Of a stretch of DNA of 64,000 nt, positions 53,820 through 62,363 are shown piece by piece. The stretch covers positions 576,001-640,000 of the forward strand of contig CAXVYR010000003.1 in assembly GCA_963666975.2 (NCBI GenBank). The letters run 5' to 3'. The translations under genes were made by a program, and so were the position numbers. Under the pieces are notes generated by a model. It did not search any database and was not told where the DNA came from. It saw only the letters and a program-made list of their open reading frames with translations. Source of the stretch: Terriglobia bacterium (GTDB taxonomy: Bacteria > Acidobacteriota > Terriglobia > 2-12-FULL-54-10). Every line of letters begins with the position of its first letter. Positions within the stretch are counted from its first letter, which is position 1.

Positions 53820-53955
53820 AAGCGGTCCTAAATGGGTAGCGGAAAGCGAGATTCAGGTGAAATCACGCGCCAGAAGGTGTAAACTGGAACAAGAGATGCA
53901 TCCGTTGCGATGCTGAAAGTAGCCATATAAACGGCTAGTAGAAAGGCAGGTCATT

Positions 53956-54393
53956 ATGCAGCCGAAACAGAAAAAAAATCTTAAGTTTGGAGCAGGAATG
54001 GGCGTGATCCTGATGACGCTTGCGTGGCTGGCCTACAGCGGAATTCAGGAGAGCAAGACTTACTACGTGACGGTGGATGAGTTGCAAGAAATGACAGAAG
54101 CCTATGATCGTCGGTTCCGCGTGGCAGGAAATGTGGCAGTGGGATCGATCCGGCGAGCGGAACGGCGCGTCGAGTTCCAGCTGGAGCAAAACGGCAAATT
54201 GCTTACGGTAGTGTACACGGGCACGGAGCCGTTGCCGGACACTCTGCAAGACCGGGCCGAAGCGATCGCTGACGGGCGGTATCTGCGCGACGGGAGTTTC
54301 CACGCGGAGACGGTTCAGGCGAAATGCGCCTCGAAGTACGAGGCCGCGCCGATGGCCGCTGGAACCGGCGGGGAAACCGGATCTGCCTACTAA
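53956..54393 (+). CDS. ccmE: heme chaperone CcmE (CxxxY type)
   Basis: YYVTVDEL, LPDT, AKCASKY. Confidence 0.9.
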   Translation: MQPKQKKNLKFGAGMGVILMTLAWLAYSGIQESKTYYVTVDELQEMTEAYDRRFRVAGNVAVGSIRRAERRVEFQLEQNGKLLTVVYTGTEPLPDTLQDRAEAIADGRYLRDGSFHAETVQAKCASKYEAAPMAAGTGGETGSAY

Positions 54394-54423
54394 GAAACCC
54401 TTCTTGTCCGGACAATAGATGAC

Positions 54424-56487
54424 ATGGAAAACGTAGCCAGCTTTGCGCTGTTATTAGCTTTCGCCCTGGCCGTGTATGCGATTGTGGCGTCGGTCGCCGG
54501 AGCGCTGCAAAAAAATGAGCGGTTACAGTTCTCCTCCTACCGGGCCACAGGAGCCGTCTGGGCCCTGGTGACGGTGGCGATCGGCTGCCTGCTCTACGCC
54601 TTGCTGACGGACGATTTTCGCCTTACCGCCGTATCCAGTCACAGCAACCGGGCGATGCCGTGGTACTACAAGATCACAGCGCTGTGGTCGGGCCAGGGAG
54701 GGTCGCTCCTGTTCTGGAGCTGGCTGCTGGCCAGCTACAGCGCGGTTGCGGTGCGGCTGAACCGGGAGAAGCACCGGGCTATGATGCCCTACGTGGTGGC
54801 GACGCTGATGGTGGTGCTGGGATTTTTCCTGGTGCTCAACATCTTTGTGGCCCCTCCCTTTGAACTGCTGGCGATGAACCAGGGGGGGCAGATGGTTGTC
54901 CAGGGTCCGGTGGACGGCAACGGGCTGAACCCGCTGTTGCAGTATCCGGCCATGGCCATTCATCCACCCATGTTGTACCTGGGATTCGTGGGCTTTACAG
55001 TGCCGTTTGCCTTTGCCATGGCTACGCTGATTACCAAGCAGGCGGGAGAGAAGTGGATCGAGACGACAAGACGTTGGACAATGGTCGCGTGGCTGTTCCT
55101 GTCGATGGGGGTCATACTGGGAGCACGGTGGGCCTACGCAGTGCTGGGATGGGGCGGCTACTGGGGATGGGACCCTGTGGAGAACGCCTCCTTGCTGCCC
55201 TGGCTGACCGGCACGGCTTTTTTACACTCCGTGATGATGCAGGAAAAGCGAGGCATGATGAAGGTCTGGAACATGGTGCTGATCTTTTCGACCTTCTTCC
55301 TGTGCATCTTCGGCACCTTCCTGACGCGGAGCGGCGTGGTCTCTTCGGTGCATGCCTTCGCCCAGTCGCCGATCGGGCCTTTCTTTGTAGGGTTTCTGGC
55401 GATAACAATGTTATTCTCCGGCTGGCTGCTGCTCGAACGGCTGGATTACCTGAAAAGCGACCAGCAGTTGGACTCGCTGGTCTCGCGCGAGAGCAGCTTT
55501 CTCTTTAACAATCTTCTTCTGCTGGCTGCTTGTTTCGCGGTGTTGTGGGGAACGCTGTTCCCGGTGATCTCCGAGGCGGTCCAGGGCGTGAAGATCAGCG
55601 TGGGCGCTCCGTACTTCAATAAAGTAAATATCCCGATCGGGCTGTTCTTGCTCTTTCTGACCGGAGTGGGACCCCTCTTCGCTTGGCGGAAGACCTCAAT
55701 GGGCAGCTTGCAAAAAAACTTCTTGAAGCCGGGAGTGGTTGCCCTTGCTATTGGAGCGGTGTTGTTCGCTTTGGTGGGAGTCCGGGAGTTTTACCCGCTG
55801 GTCTCGTTTATCCTGTGCGCTTTTGTTACGCTGACGATCTGGATGGAGTTTCACCGGGGCGCGCGCGTGATCCGGAAGAAGACGGGCGGGTCCATGCTGG
55901 GTGCTGCCATTACGCTGACACGCCGCAACACCCGGCGCTATGGCGGCTACGTTGTACATTTCGGGATAGTGCTGATCTTTGTGGGAATTACGGGGTCAGC
56001 GTTCAACGACCAGCACGAGCAGGAGATGGTGGTAGGAGACCAGATGCAGTTAGGTCCCTACACCTTACGGATGGCGGAACTCCGCGAGACCGACAATCCA
56101 AACTACAGCTCGCAACTCGCGACGATGGAAATTTATCGGGGCGGGCAATTGGCAGGTGAGTTGCACCCGGAACGCCGGTTTTACAAGGCCAGCCGACAGG
56201 CGACGACCGAGGTGGCGATCCGCCCGCGGCTCAATGAGGATTTGTACATCGTCTTTTCGGGAATGACGGAGCAGAATCGAGCAGTGATCAGCGTCCATCT
56301 CAATCCGCTGGTGAATTGGATATGGATTGGAACACTGGTGCTGGTGCTAGGGACGCTGGTTTGCCTGATCCCGTCGCAGCCCGGCGCTGGAAAAACTCAA
56401 CGGGTTCCTGGAGCCTCCCGGGCCGCAGCAGAAGGGCCTGGAAAAGTGGATGAAGAAGATGAAGTATTGGCCAAACTCACCACATAA
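54424..56487 (+). CDS. ccmF: heme lyase CcmF
   Basis: LNPLLQ..IHPP, WGGYWGWDPVENAS, LTRSG..SVHAF. Confidence 0.96.
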   Translation: MENVASFALLLAFALAVYAIVASVAGALQKNERLQFSSYRATGAVWALVTVAIGCLLYALLTDDFRLTAVSSHSNRAMPWYYKITALWSGQGGSLLFWSWLLASYSAVAVRLNREKHRAMMPYVVATLMVVLGFFLVLNIFVAPPFELLAMNQGGQMVVQGPVDGNGLNPLLQYPAMAIHPPMLYLGFVGFTVPFAFAMATLITKQAGEKWIETTRRWTMVAWLFLSMGVILGARWAYAVLGWGGYWGWDPVENASLLPWLTGTAFLHSVMMQEKRGMMKVWNMVLIFSTFFLCIFGTFLTRSGVVSSVHAFAQSPIGPFFVGFLAITMLFSGWLLLERLDYLKSDQQLDSLVSRESSFLFNNLLLLAACFAVLWGTLFPVISEAVQGVKISVGAPYFNKVNIPIGLFLLFLTGVGPLFAWRKTSMGSLQKNFLKPGVVALAIGAVLFALVGVREFYPLVSFILCAFVTLTIWMEFHRGARVIRKKTGGSMLGAAITLTRRNTRRYGGYVVHFGIVLIFVGITGSAFNDQHEQEMVVGDQMQLGPYTLRMAELRETDNPNYSSQLATMEIYRGGQLAGELHPERRFYKASRQATTEVAIRPRLNEDLYIVFSGMTEQNRAVISVHLNPLVNWIWIGTLVLVLGTLVCLIPSQPGAGKTQRVPGASRAAAEGPGKVDEEDEVLAKLTT

Positions 56488-57037
56488 ATCAGTGGTTAAG
56501 TTTATTCATTTGGCGTTGCTCTACTCGGCTATCCTGGCCAATGTGAGCCAAGCTCAGGTTGCTCCCACCCAGCCTCCCCTCGGCGAAAGGGAAAGCGGAG
56601 TAGCTTTCCGGCGCGTCTCGAACCGTCTGCTCTGCCAGTGCGGCTGCAATTACATGGTGCTGTCCTGCAACCACCTGGATTGCCCCTCGGCCACCTACAT
56701 CCGCAAAACCATCAAAAACTCGTTGGCCGACGGCATGAGCGAAGACGTGATCGTCGCGAATTTTGTGGATCAGTACGGTGTGCAGATTCTCCCGGAACCT
56801 CCTCTCCAGGGCTTCTCGCTCATGGCATGGGTTATGCCTTTCCTGGTGCTGCTACTGGGCGGAGGCGGTGTTTCCTACCTGCTATGGCAGTGGAAATGGA
56901 AGCCTGTATCGGACGCTGAACAAATCCCGGACGCGACAGGAGAATCGGCGGTTTTGCCCGCTATAGGGCAAAAGCCCCGGCCTGAGTTGGTAGAAAAATA
57001 CCGCTCGCAGATAGAAGGAGAACTGGAACAGGAATAA
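56450..57037 (+). CDS. ccmH: cytochrome c maturation protein CcmH
   Basis: LLCQCGC...CNH..C, FVDQYG..IL.EPP, WVMP; start uncertain. Confidence 0.8.
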   Translation: MKKMKYWPNSPHKSVVKFIHLALLYSAILANVSQAQVAPTQPPLGERESGVAFRRVSNRLLCQCGCNYMVLSCNHLDCPSATYIRKTIKNSLADGMSEDVIVANFVDQYGVQILPEPPLQGFSLMAWVMPFLVLLLGGGGVSYLLWQWKWKPVSDAEQIPDATGESAVLPAIGQKPRPELVEKYRSQIEGELEQE

Positions 57038-57178
57038 ACCGGACTCCTCACCAAGCATTGCCCGTGGCGCGACACTTGCTGCAACACCTGGCGCAACAAC
57101 GGTGCGGAAACAAAGGGTGAGAAAACAAATAGTGCGGCAGCAATTGCCATTCGGTTCCGGCTGTGAAATAATAAGCAG

Positions 57179-57538
57179 ATGGAAATGGCGGAGCAAACAA
57201 CAATCGTCAAGATGGAGCCGAAATCGGAAGGGATTGCGACTCCACGGAAAAAGAAGCCGAAGATTCTGGCCCTGATTAATGAGAGTTGCACGGGCTGCGC
57301 GGGCTCGCCGGTATGCGTAGGCTATTGCCCTGTGGCGGATTGCATGTATTGGGTCCCCGACGAGGACCATCCCCCCTTTGGCCGGATTGAGGTGGACCCG
57401 CAACTCTGCATCGGCTGCAAGCTCTGCATTGCCAAGGGTCCGGATGGGACCCTGTTCGACGGCTGCCCGTGGGATGCCATTGATATGGTTCCTACCGATG
57501 AGGTAGAGAAACAACTGGGAGTTGTTTTTTCCTACTGA
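57179..57538 (+). CDS. 4Fe-4S dicluster ferredoxin-like protein
   Basis: CTGCAGSPVCVGYCP and CIGCKLC...CPWDAI. Confidence 0.85.
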   Translation: MEMAEQTTIVKMEPKSEGIATPRKKKPKILALINESCTGCAGSPVCVGYCPVADCMYWVPDEDHPPFGRIEVDPQLCIGCKLCIAKGPDGTLFDGCPWDAIDMVPTDEVEKQLGVVFSY

Positions 57539-57546
57539 ATTCTTTT

Positions 57547-57674
57547 GCCACAGAGACACCGTGACGAACCGATTTTGTTTTAGGTTTTGTCCTTCATTCA
57601 CTACTGATCCGTTCTTATAGTTCCCGCTTCTTGTCCTTCTCCGCTGAACCTCTGTGTCTCTGCGCCTCTGTGAC
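57547..57674. repeat. CACAGAG-family inverted arms, gene-less copy 1
   Basis: GCCACAGAGACAC (57547-57559) ... CTCTGTGTCTCTGCGCCTCTGTGAC (57650-57674). Confidence 0.65.
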
Positions 57675-58551
57675 TGTCTTGTTCTTCTCCGGAAGCCCGG
57701 CGCCTGATCTCCCCGACGGTCAAAACTGCTTGCTGCTGAACGCGCGAGGACATCTCGCCCGCCGCTCCCCGCGCAAAGCGGTCGATCTCGGCAAGGTCCT
57801 CGCTCTGGCCCACCAGATAGAGAGCCCGCAAGGCCTCCCAGGCGTGCTCCTCGCCGGGCGTGAGTAGAAGAATCTCTTCCTCTGCTTCTACCATAGCTCC
57901 TTCCTCAGCGAGTTTACGTTGCAATTTGCCGGGCAAAGGGGAACGAATCTCCAGCGGTTCTTGCTCGCCGACATCTATCCGAGCCATCAGGGTTCCCCGG
58001 TCTACGGAATTGGCTTCTTCCAGACGATAGAGAAGCTTCCCTTCCCGGGGCGCGACCACCGTGTAGGGGCGGATCATGCTTAACAGCTCGGGTCTCGCGC
58101 TTGCGTCTCCAAAGCGCACCAGCGAGAGAGCCGCATTGCGGCGCACCAACGGCTCCGGGTCCTGCAGAAGCGCAAGCAGCGCCTGGTGGAACTCCTCCGA
58201 CTGATTGTCTGCGCCCAGCACCCAGGCCACGTTGACCCGCAGTTCCGGATGGGGACTATCCACCAAACGGAGGACTTGCGGATACCAGCGCTTTACCGTG
58301 GGGTCCGCCTTCGCGATGCGATCGGCAATCTGTGCCAGGGCGTGCTGACTGTGCCGGGGTTCTTTTGCGTCGGCCAGATATTCGCCGATCTGGTCTTCCG
58401 TAAGCTCCCTGCCAAACCAAGTCCCTCGCCAAAACAAGAACGGAACAATCACAAACAGCGCCGTAACGACAGCGAGGATCAGCGTGCCCCGTTTTCGGTG
58501 CGGCTCCGCCAGTGGGGTTTCGGTCGGTGTGGGAGAGTGGGGTGCGGTCAT
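57601..58551 (-). CDS. membrane-anchored HEAT-repeat protein with inserted biotinyl/lipoyl-like hybrid domain
   Basis: N-terminal TM helix; LQDPEPLVRRNAALSL HEAT repeats; VVAPREGKL...IRSPLPGKL hairpins. Confidence 0.75.
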   Translation of the reverse strand: MTAPHSPTPTETPLAEPHRKRGTLILAVVTALFVIVPFLFWRGTWFGRELTEDQIGEYLADAKEPRHSQHALAQIADRIAKADPTVKRWYPQVLRLVDSPHPELRVNVAWVLGADNQSEEFHQALLALLQDPEPLVRRNAALSLVRFGDASARPELLSMIRPYTVVAPREGKLLYRLEEANSVDRGTLMARIDVGEQEPLEIRSPLPGKLQRKLAEEGAMVEAEEEILLLTPGEEHAWEALRALYLVGQSEDLAEIDRFARGAAGEMSSRVQQQAVLTVGEIRRRASGEEQDSHRGAETQRFSGEGQEAGTIRTDQ

Positions 58552-58627
58552 AGGGTGAAGTACTATTGTAAATCAACCCTTGCGGAAAACGATGAGGGTA
58601 AGTGCCAGCTTGCGGGAAAAGAAACCT

Positions 58628-58695
58628 GCCACAGAGACACAGAGAAGAGCGCAGAGATGAAGGGATAACCTTTGTGCTCTTTGTGCCTCTGTGGC
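58628..58695. repeat. CACAGAG-family hairpin, gene-less copy 2
   Basis: GCCACAGAGACACAGAGAAGAGCGCAGAG ... CTTTGTGCTCTTTGTGCCTCTGTGGC. Confidence 0.8.
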
Positions 58696-58719
58696 CAAGC
58701 TTCAGATGCCTGTTCTACA

Positions 58720-59238
58720 TTACAGCCGGTAGAGCATCCAGTAAATGATTACTCCCGTCACGGAGACGTAGAGCCAAATGGGAAGCGTCCAGCGCGCAAT
58801 TTTCTTGTGCCGGTCGAACTGCTCGCCCCATGCACGGTAGATGGTAACCAACGCCAAGGGAACAATACACGCGGCCAGGACAATGTGGGAGATCAGCAGA
58901 GTGAAATAGAGTGGGCGAATGAAGCCCGTGCCCTCAAACGCCACCGAGCCGACTTGGTAATGGTAGATCACGTATGAGACCAGAAAGAGAGAGGAGACTC
59001 CCAAGGCCGACAGCATACAGGTCTTGTGAGCCGTCACCTTCTTCAGGCGAATGAACACATAGCCGGTGGTGAGAAGGACCACGCTGGTTGCGTTGAGGAA
59101 AGCGTTGAGAGCGGGTAAGGCCGAAACATCATGGCCGCTCTGCATCGTTGTTTGCCGCCCCAGCAACAAGAATCCCACGCTCAAGACTATCAGAGCCGAG
59201 ACCACACCAATCACCGGGAGAGCCGAACGTTCTCTCAT
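58720..59238 (-). CDS. DUF420 membrane protein
   Basis: LPALNAFLN, HKTCM, LISHIVLA, HKKIARWTLPIWLYVSVTG. Confidence 0.9.
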   Translation of the reverse strand: MRERSALPVIGVVSALIVLSVGFLLLGRQTTMQSGHDVSALPALNAFLNATSVVLLTTGYVFIRLKKVTAHKTCMLSALGVSSLFLVSYVIYHYQVGSVAFEGTGFIRPLYFTLLISHIVLAACIVPLALVTIYRAWGEQFDRHKKIARWTLPIWLYVSVTGVIIYWMLYRL

Positions 59239-59245
59239 AAATACT

Positions 59246-59289
59246 TGGCCACAGAGTCACAGAGACACAGAGACACAGAGACACAGAGA
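59246..59289. repeat. CACAGAG tandem array (5 units, 8-bp period), left arm of GxxExxY cassette
   Basis: TGGCCACAGAGTCACAGAGACACAGAGACACAGAGACACAGAGA. Confidence 0.9.
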
Positions 59290-59349
59290 AGATTTCAGAG
59301 AATAAATCTCTTGATGCCGTCCCTCAAGAGTCTCGAATTGAAATTGATT

Positions 59350-60798
59350 GAAGGTGTCCCAAACTCAGTTGCAGGTTGGGACGGCGGGTTGAGTTCATAT
59401 TACGCCACTTTCTCCTTGTGAGAGGAAGCAGCGTTTGGACTTCGGCCGAGAATCGATGCCAAAGCCCAGAGATCGTGATAACCCATGATCTTCCGGAAAT
59501 TCTTCTCGGTCAGCAGAAACGCTCCTGCCACCCAGCGCAACGTCATCTCGCCGTCGCGCCAGCGGCAAACATTGCCAGTCTTTTTCCGCACGCCCGACTG
59601 CGGGCTCTCGATGAGGTTCGTGGTTGCCAGGCAGCGGTGGAGGCTGGGAGGAACGTCGGCTCGATTGATCGTAAAGGTCTCCTCCAACCCTTCGCGCAAG
59701 CTGGCGGCTGCTGCCGGATGATCGCACTCGATCATCCCAGCGAGCTTTTTTATGCGCACGATGCCTTCCTCGGCTTGGGGCAATCGCCAGGCGGCGCGCA
59801 TCAGCGACCGCACCTGATTCGCCAGCATTTTGTCGCCCTTTGGTAACCGCTCAGCCACGTTGCGCAGCTTATGAGTACGGCAACGCTGCACCAGCTGATT
59901 GCTGCCGAATACTTCCTCGATCCCCGCGCGGAGCGCTTTGGCGCCGTCGATCACAAACAGATAGCGCTGATCCGTGCGCAAACCTTGCTGGCGCAGGCGG
60001 GTGAGAAGGTCTTTCACCGCAGCGGCGTTTTCGGTCGCGCCCAGTTGAATCCCCAGCACATGCTTGCGGCCCTCGCTGTCCACGCCCACGGCGCTGATGA
60101 CGTGGTGGGAGCCGAACCGCATTCCGTCCAGGTAAATCACCAGAATCTCGACCTCCTCCCAGCGCCGCGCCAACAGTTCTTCCAGCCGCCGCGCTCCTTG
60201 CTCGGCCGCTTCCCGGCTCACCTGAGACTTCGACACCCCAGCGCTGTTGGCCATCTCCGGGATCACCTCGCGGTAGTTCCGCGTCGAAACCCCTTTCAAC
60301 AGTGCCTCGAACATCTCCTCGCCCGTCTTCTCGCTTTTCCGCAGCGCTTCGTAGGCCGGCACCGCTTCTTCCCCTCCGCCCTTCCGGCGCAGCCGGGGCC
60401 GCTCCACCCGCAGCTGGCGATCGGCCAGTTTCACCCTCCCCAATTGCCGGCCATGCCAGCGCACCTCTCCGCTCGCCTTCCCGGGACTCTTTGGCCCCGC
60501 GATTTGCTCTGCGCTCATGCTCAGAATCGTTTCAATCAAACCTCGCCCGGCCCGATCAATCACCTCATCCAACGCCAGACGCGCCTCCGTGATCAGATCC
60601 ACCACCGGCAACAGCATCTGTCCGTTGGTTTGGCAAAACTTCTGGATGGTTTCTTCGGCTCCCTTGGAACCCAGTTCCAAAACGTGATATTTTCCCTTCA
60701 TTCGGCGGTTCTCCTTCTATAGGATTTAGGCTTGGCCCGATTCTATTCGATTCGGGCCGAACCGCCGTTCAACCTTCAACTATGTATGGGACACCCTC
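59350..60798 (-). mobile_element. IS256-family element, copy 2 (complete)
   Basis: Same IRs and length as copy 1; flanks AATTGATT / CATTGATT (7-bp exact ATTGATT). Confidence 0.95.
59400..60701 (-). CDS. IS256-family transposase
   Basis: Protein identical to 49063-50364. Confidence 0.96.
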   Translation of the reverse strand: MKGKYHVLELGSKGAEETIQKFCQTNGQMLLPVVDLITEARLALDEVIDRAGRGLIETILSMSAEQIAGPKSPGKASGEVRWHGRQLGRVKLADRQLRVERPRLRRKGGGEEAVPAYEALRKSEKTGEEMFEALLKGVSTRNYREVIPEMANSAGVSKSQVSREAAEQGARRLEELLARRWEEVEILVIYLDGMRFGSHHVISAVGVDSEGRKHVLGIQLGATENAAAVKDLLTRLRQQGLRTDQRYLFVIDGAKALRAGIEEVFGSNQLVQRCRTHKLRNVAERLPKGDKMLANQVRSLMRAAWRLPQAEEGIVRIKKLAGMIECDHPAAAASLREGLEETFTINRADVPPSLHRCLATTNLIESPQSGVRKKTGNVCRWRDGEMTLRWVAGAFLLTEKNFRKIMGYHDLWALASILGRSPNAASSHKEKVA

Positions 60799-61145
60799 CA
60801 TTGATTAACAGTCCAATTCTCTTCGCCGTGACTCTCAAATAAGTTAAGATTTGAGCCTCAAAGACTGGATCAAACCGCTCGACGCTTTTGATCTCCACGA
60901 CAACGGCTTCTTCCACCAGCAAGTCCAGGCGATATTCTCCGACAGACTTCCCTTTGTAGGTGAGTGGGAAGACGATCTGACGTTGATATTGCAAGCCCGC
61001 TCTTTCCAACTCAACGCATAATGCTGCCTCGTAAGTTGCCTCCAATAGGCCAGGTCCGAGATGACGATGCACTTCGATGGCGCAGCCGATAATTTTCTCC
61101 GTCAGTTTGTCAATCTGATCCACTGTCGGTAACATCCCGGATGGC

Positions 61146-61226
61146 GCTATAGAGACACAGGGGTGCAGAGAATTGCATTCCCTGATTTTATTAGATTTCT
61201 CTGTGTTCTCCGTGTCTCTGTGGCCA
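61146..61226. repeat. CACAGAG-family hairpin, right arm of GxxExxY cassette
   Basis: GCTATAGAGACACAGGGGTGCAGAG ... CTCTGTGTTCTCCGTGTCTCTGTGGCCA; the terminal 11 bp are the exact inverse of 59246-59256. Confidence 0.85.
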
Positions 61227-61231
61227 GTCTG

Positions 61232-62044
61232 TCAACCCAGGTTTGCTGCCGTTGGCCTGCCCGCCCAGATCATCGCCGCGACAATCGCCAACACGGCAAA
61301 CACCACGGTGACTTCCAGCGAAAACGCCAGCGGCGGAACGTCAGAAGCTATCGAGGCGGTCTGCCCGTGAAGAGTGCGCCGCAGCGCAGCCACGCCGTAG
61401 GTGAGAGGATTGAGCCGCATGACCCACTGAATCCATGTGGAAGCTCCCGAGGCCGGAAACAGGGCGCCGGAGAGCAGCCACATCGGGATCAGGAAGAGGT
61501 TCACGACTGCATGGAATCCCTGTGCAGAATCCATTCGCCAAGCGATGCAAAAGCCGAGACTCGTCAGGGAAAAAGCAATGAGAAACAAAATCCCTGCCAT
61601 CTGGATCATTTGGAGAGGCTGAAAGGAGAATCCCACTGCCGGAGCAAGCAGAAGAAAAAGGAACCCAGGCAGCAAGGCCTGCGTAGTGCCTCCCAAAACC
61701 TTTCCCAGGACCAGACTGGAGCGCGGGATCGGCGCCACCAGCACCGAAAGCAGAAAACCTTCGCGGCGGTCCTCAATCACAGACATCGTCGCAAAAATCG
61801 AAGTGAACAGCACAACCATAACGACTGTGCCAGGGAAAAAGTATTGCAGATAGTGGCTGCCGGAGGCGGCAGAAGACGGCTGGAAGGAGGTTCCCAAGCC
61901 GGAGCCGATAAAAAGCCAAAAGAGCAGCGGAGCGGCCAGGACACCGACGATCCGGCTTCTTTGCCGCAGGAAACGAATCAACTCACGCCACCAGAGCGTA
62001 AAAATGGGCAGCAGAAAACCGCTGCTGGCAGCCGAATCACTCAA
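61232..62044 (-). CDS. ABC-2 type transporter permease
   Basis: WRELIRFLRQRSR, DRREGFLLSVLVAP, LSGALFP, LNPLTYGV; start uncertain (TTG 62044 chosen). Confidence 0.88.
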   Translation of the reverse strand: MSDSAASSGFLLPIFTLWWRELIRFLRQRSRIVGVLAAPLLFWLFIGSGLGTSFQPSSAASGSHYLQYFFPGTVVMVVLFTSIFATMSVIEDRREGFLLSVLVAPIPRSSLVLGKVLGGTTQALLPGFLFLLLAPAVGFSFQPLQMIQMAGILFLIAFSLTSLGFCIAWRMDSAQGFHAVVNLFLIPMWLLSGALFPASGASTWIQWVMRLNPLTYGVAALRRTLHGQTASIASDVPPLAFSLEVTVVFAVLAIVAAMIWAGRPTAANLG

Positions 62045-62363
62045 AGTATTCCTCTCTGCTCCTTTCCCCTTGCGGTGTCGCTCTCCAAGTGTAACACGGC
62101 AAGCGAATTCGGAGGCGGACTTGACCCTGCACAAGGTGTCACATCTCCGGGGGTATATGCGCAGAAGGTGGGTTTGCTTAGTGGTATTTGCCACACCATC
62201 AAACCACTCATCTCAGCCTTTTCTGAGAACCGCCTATTTTATCAATAGGTTGGGCCTGGGTTGATATTGGAAACAAAACTGCCCACTCCCTCGGTAGGCA
62301 GGATTCAAGGCCATTACATGGGAGGTTTATATCTATGAGTTCATTTACCGGGAATACATCTGT

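Larger units (their letters stand above)
59295..61135 (-). pseudogene. GxxExxY (PD-(D/E)XK) protein interrupted by IS256
   Basis: LGPGLLEATYE...YRLDLLVEEAVVVEIKSV...GLLIN at 60800-61135 continues as FNSRLLRDGIKRFIL* at 59295-59342 once the IS is removed. Confidence 0.9.

Noticed and set aside
59246-59289. Tandem repeats as a CRISPR array
   Set aside because: 8-bp units with no spacers and no cas genes in the window.
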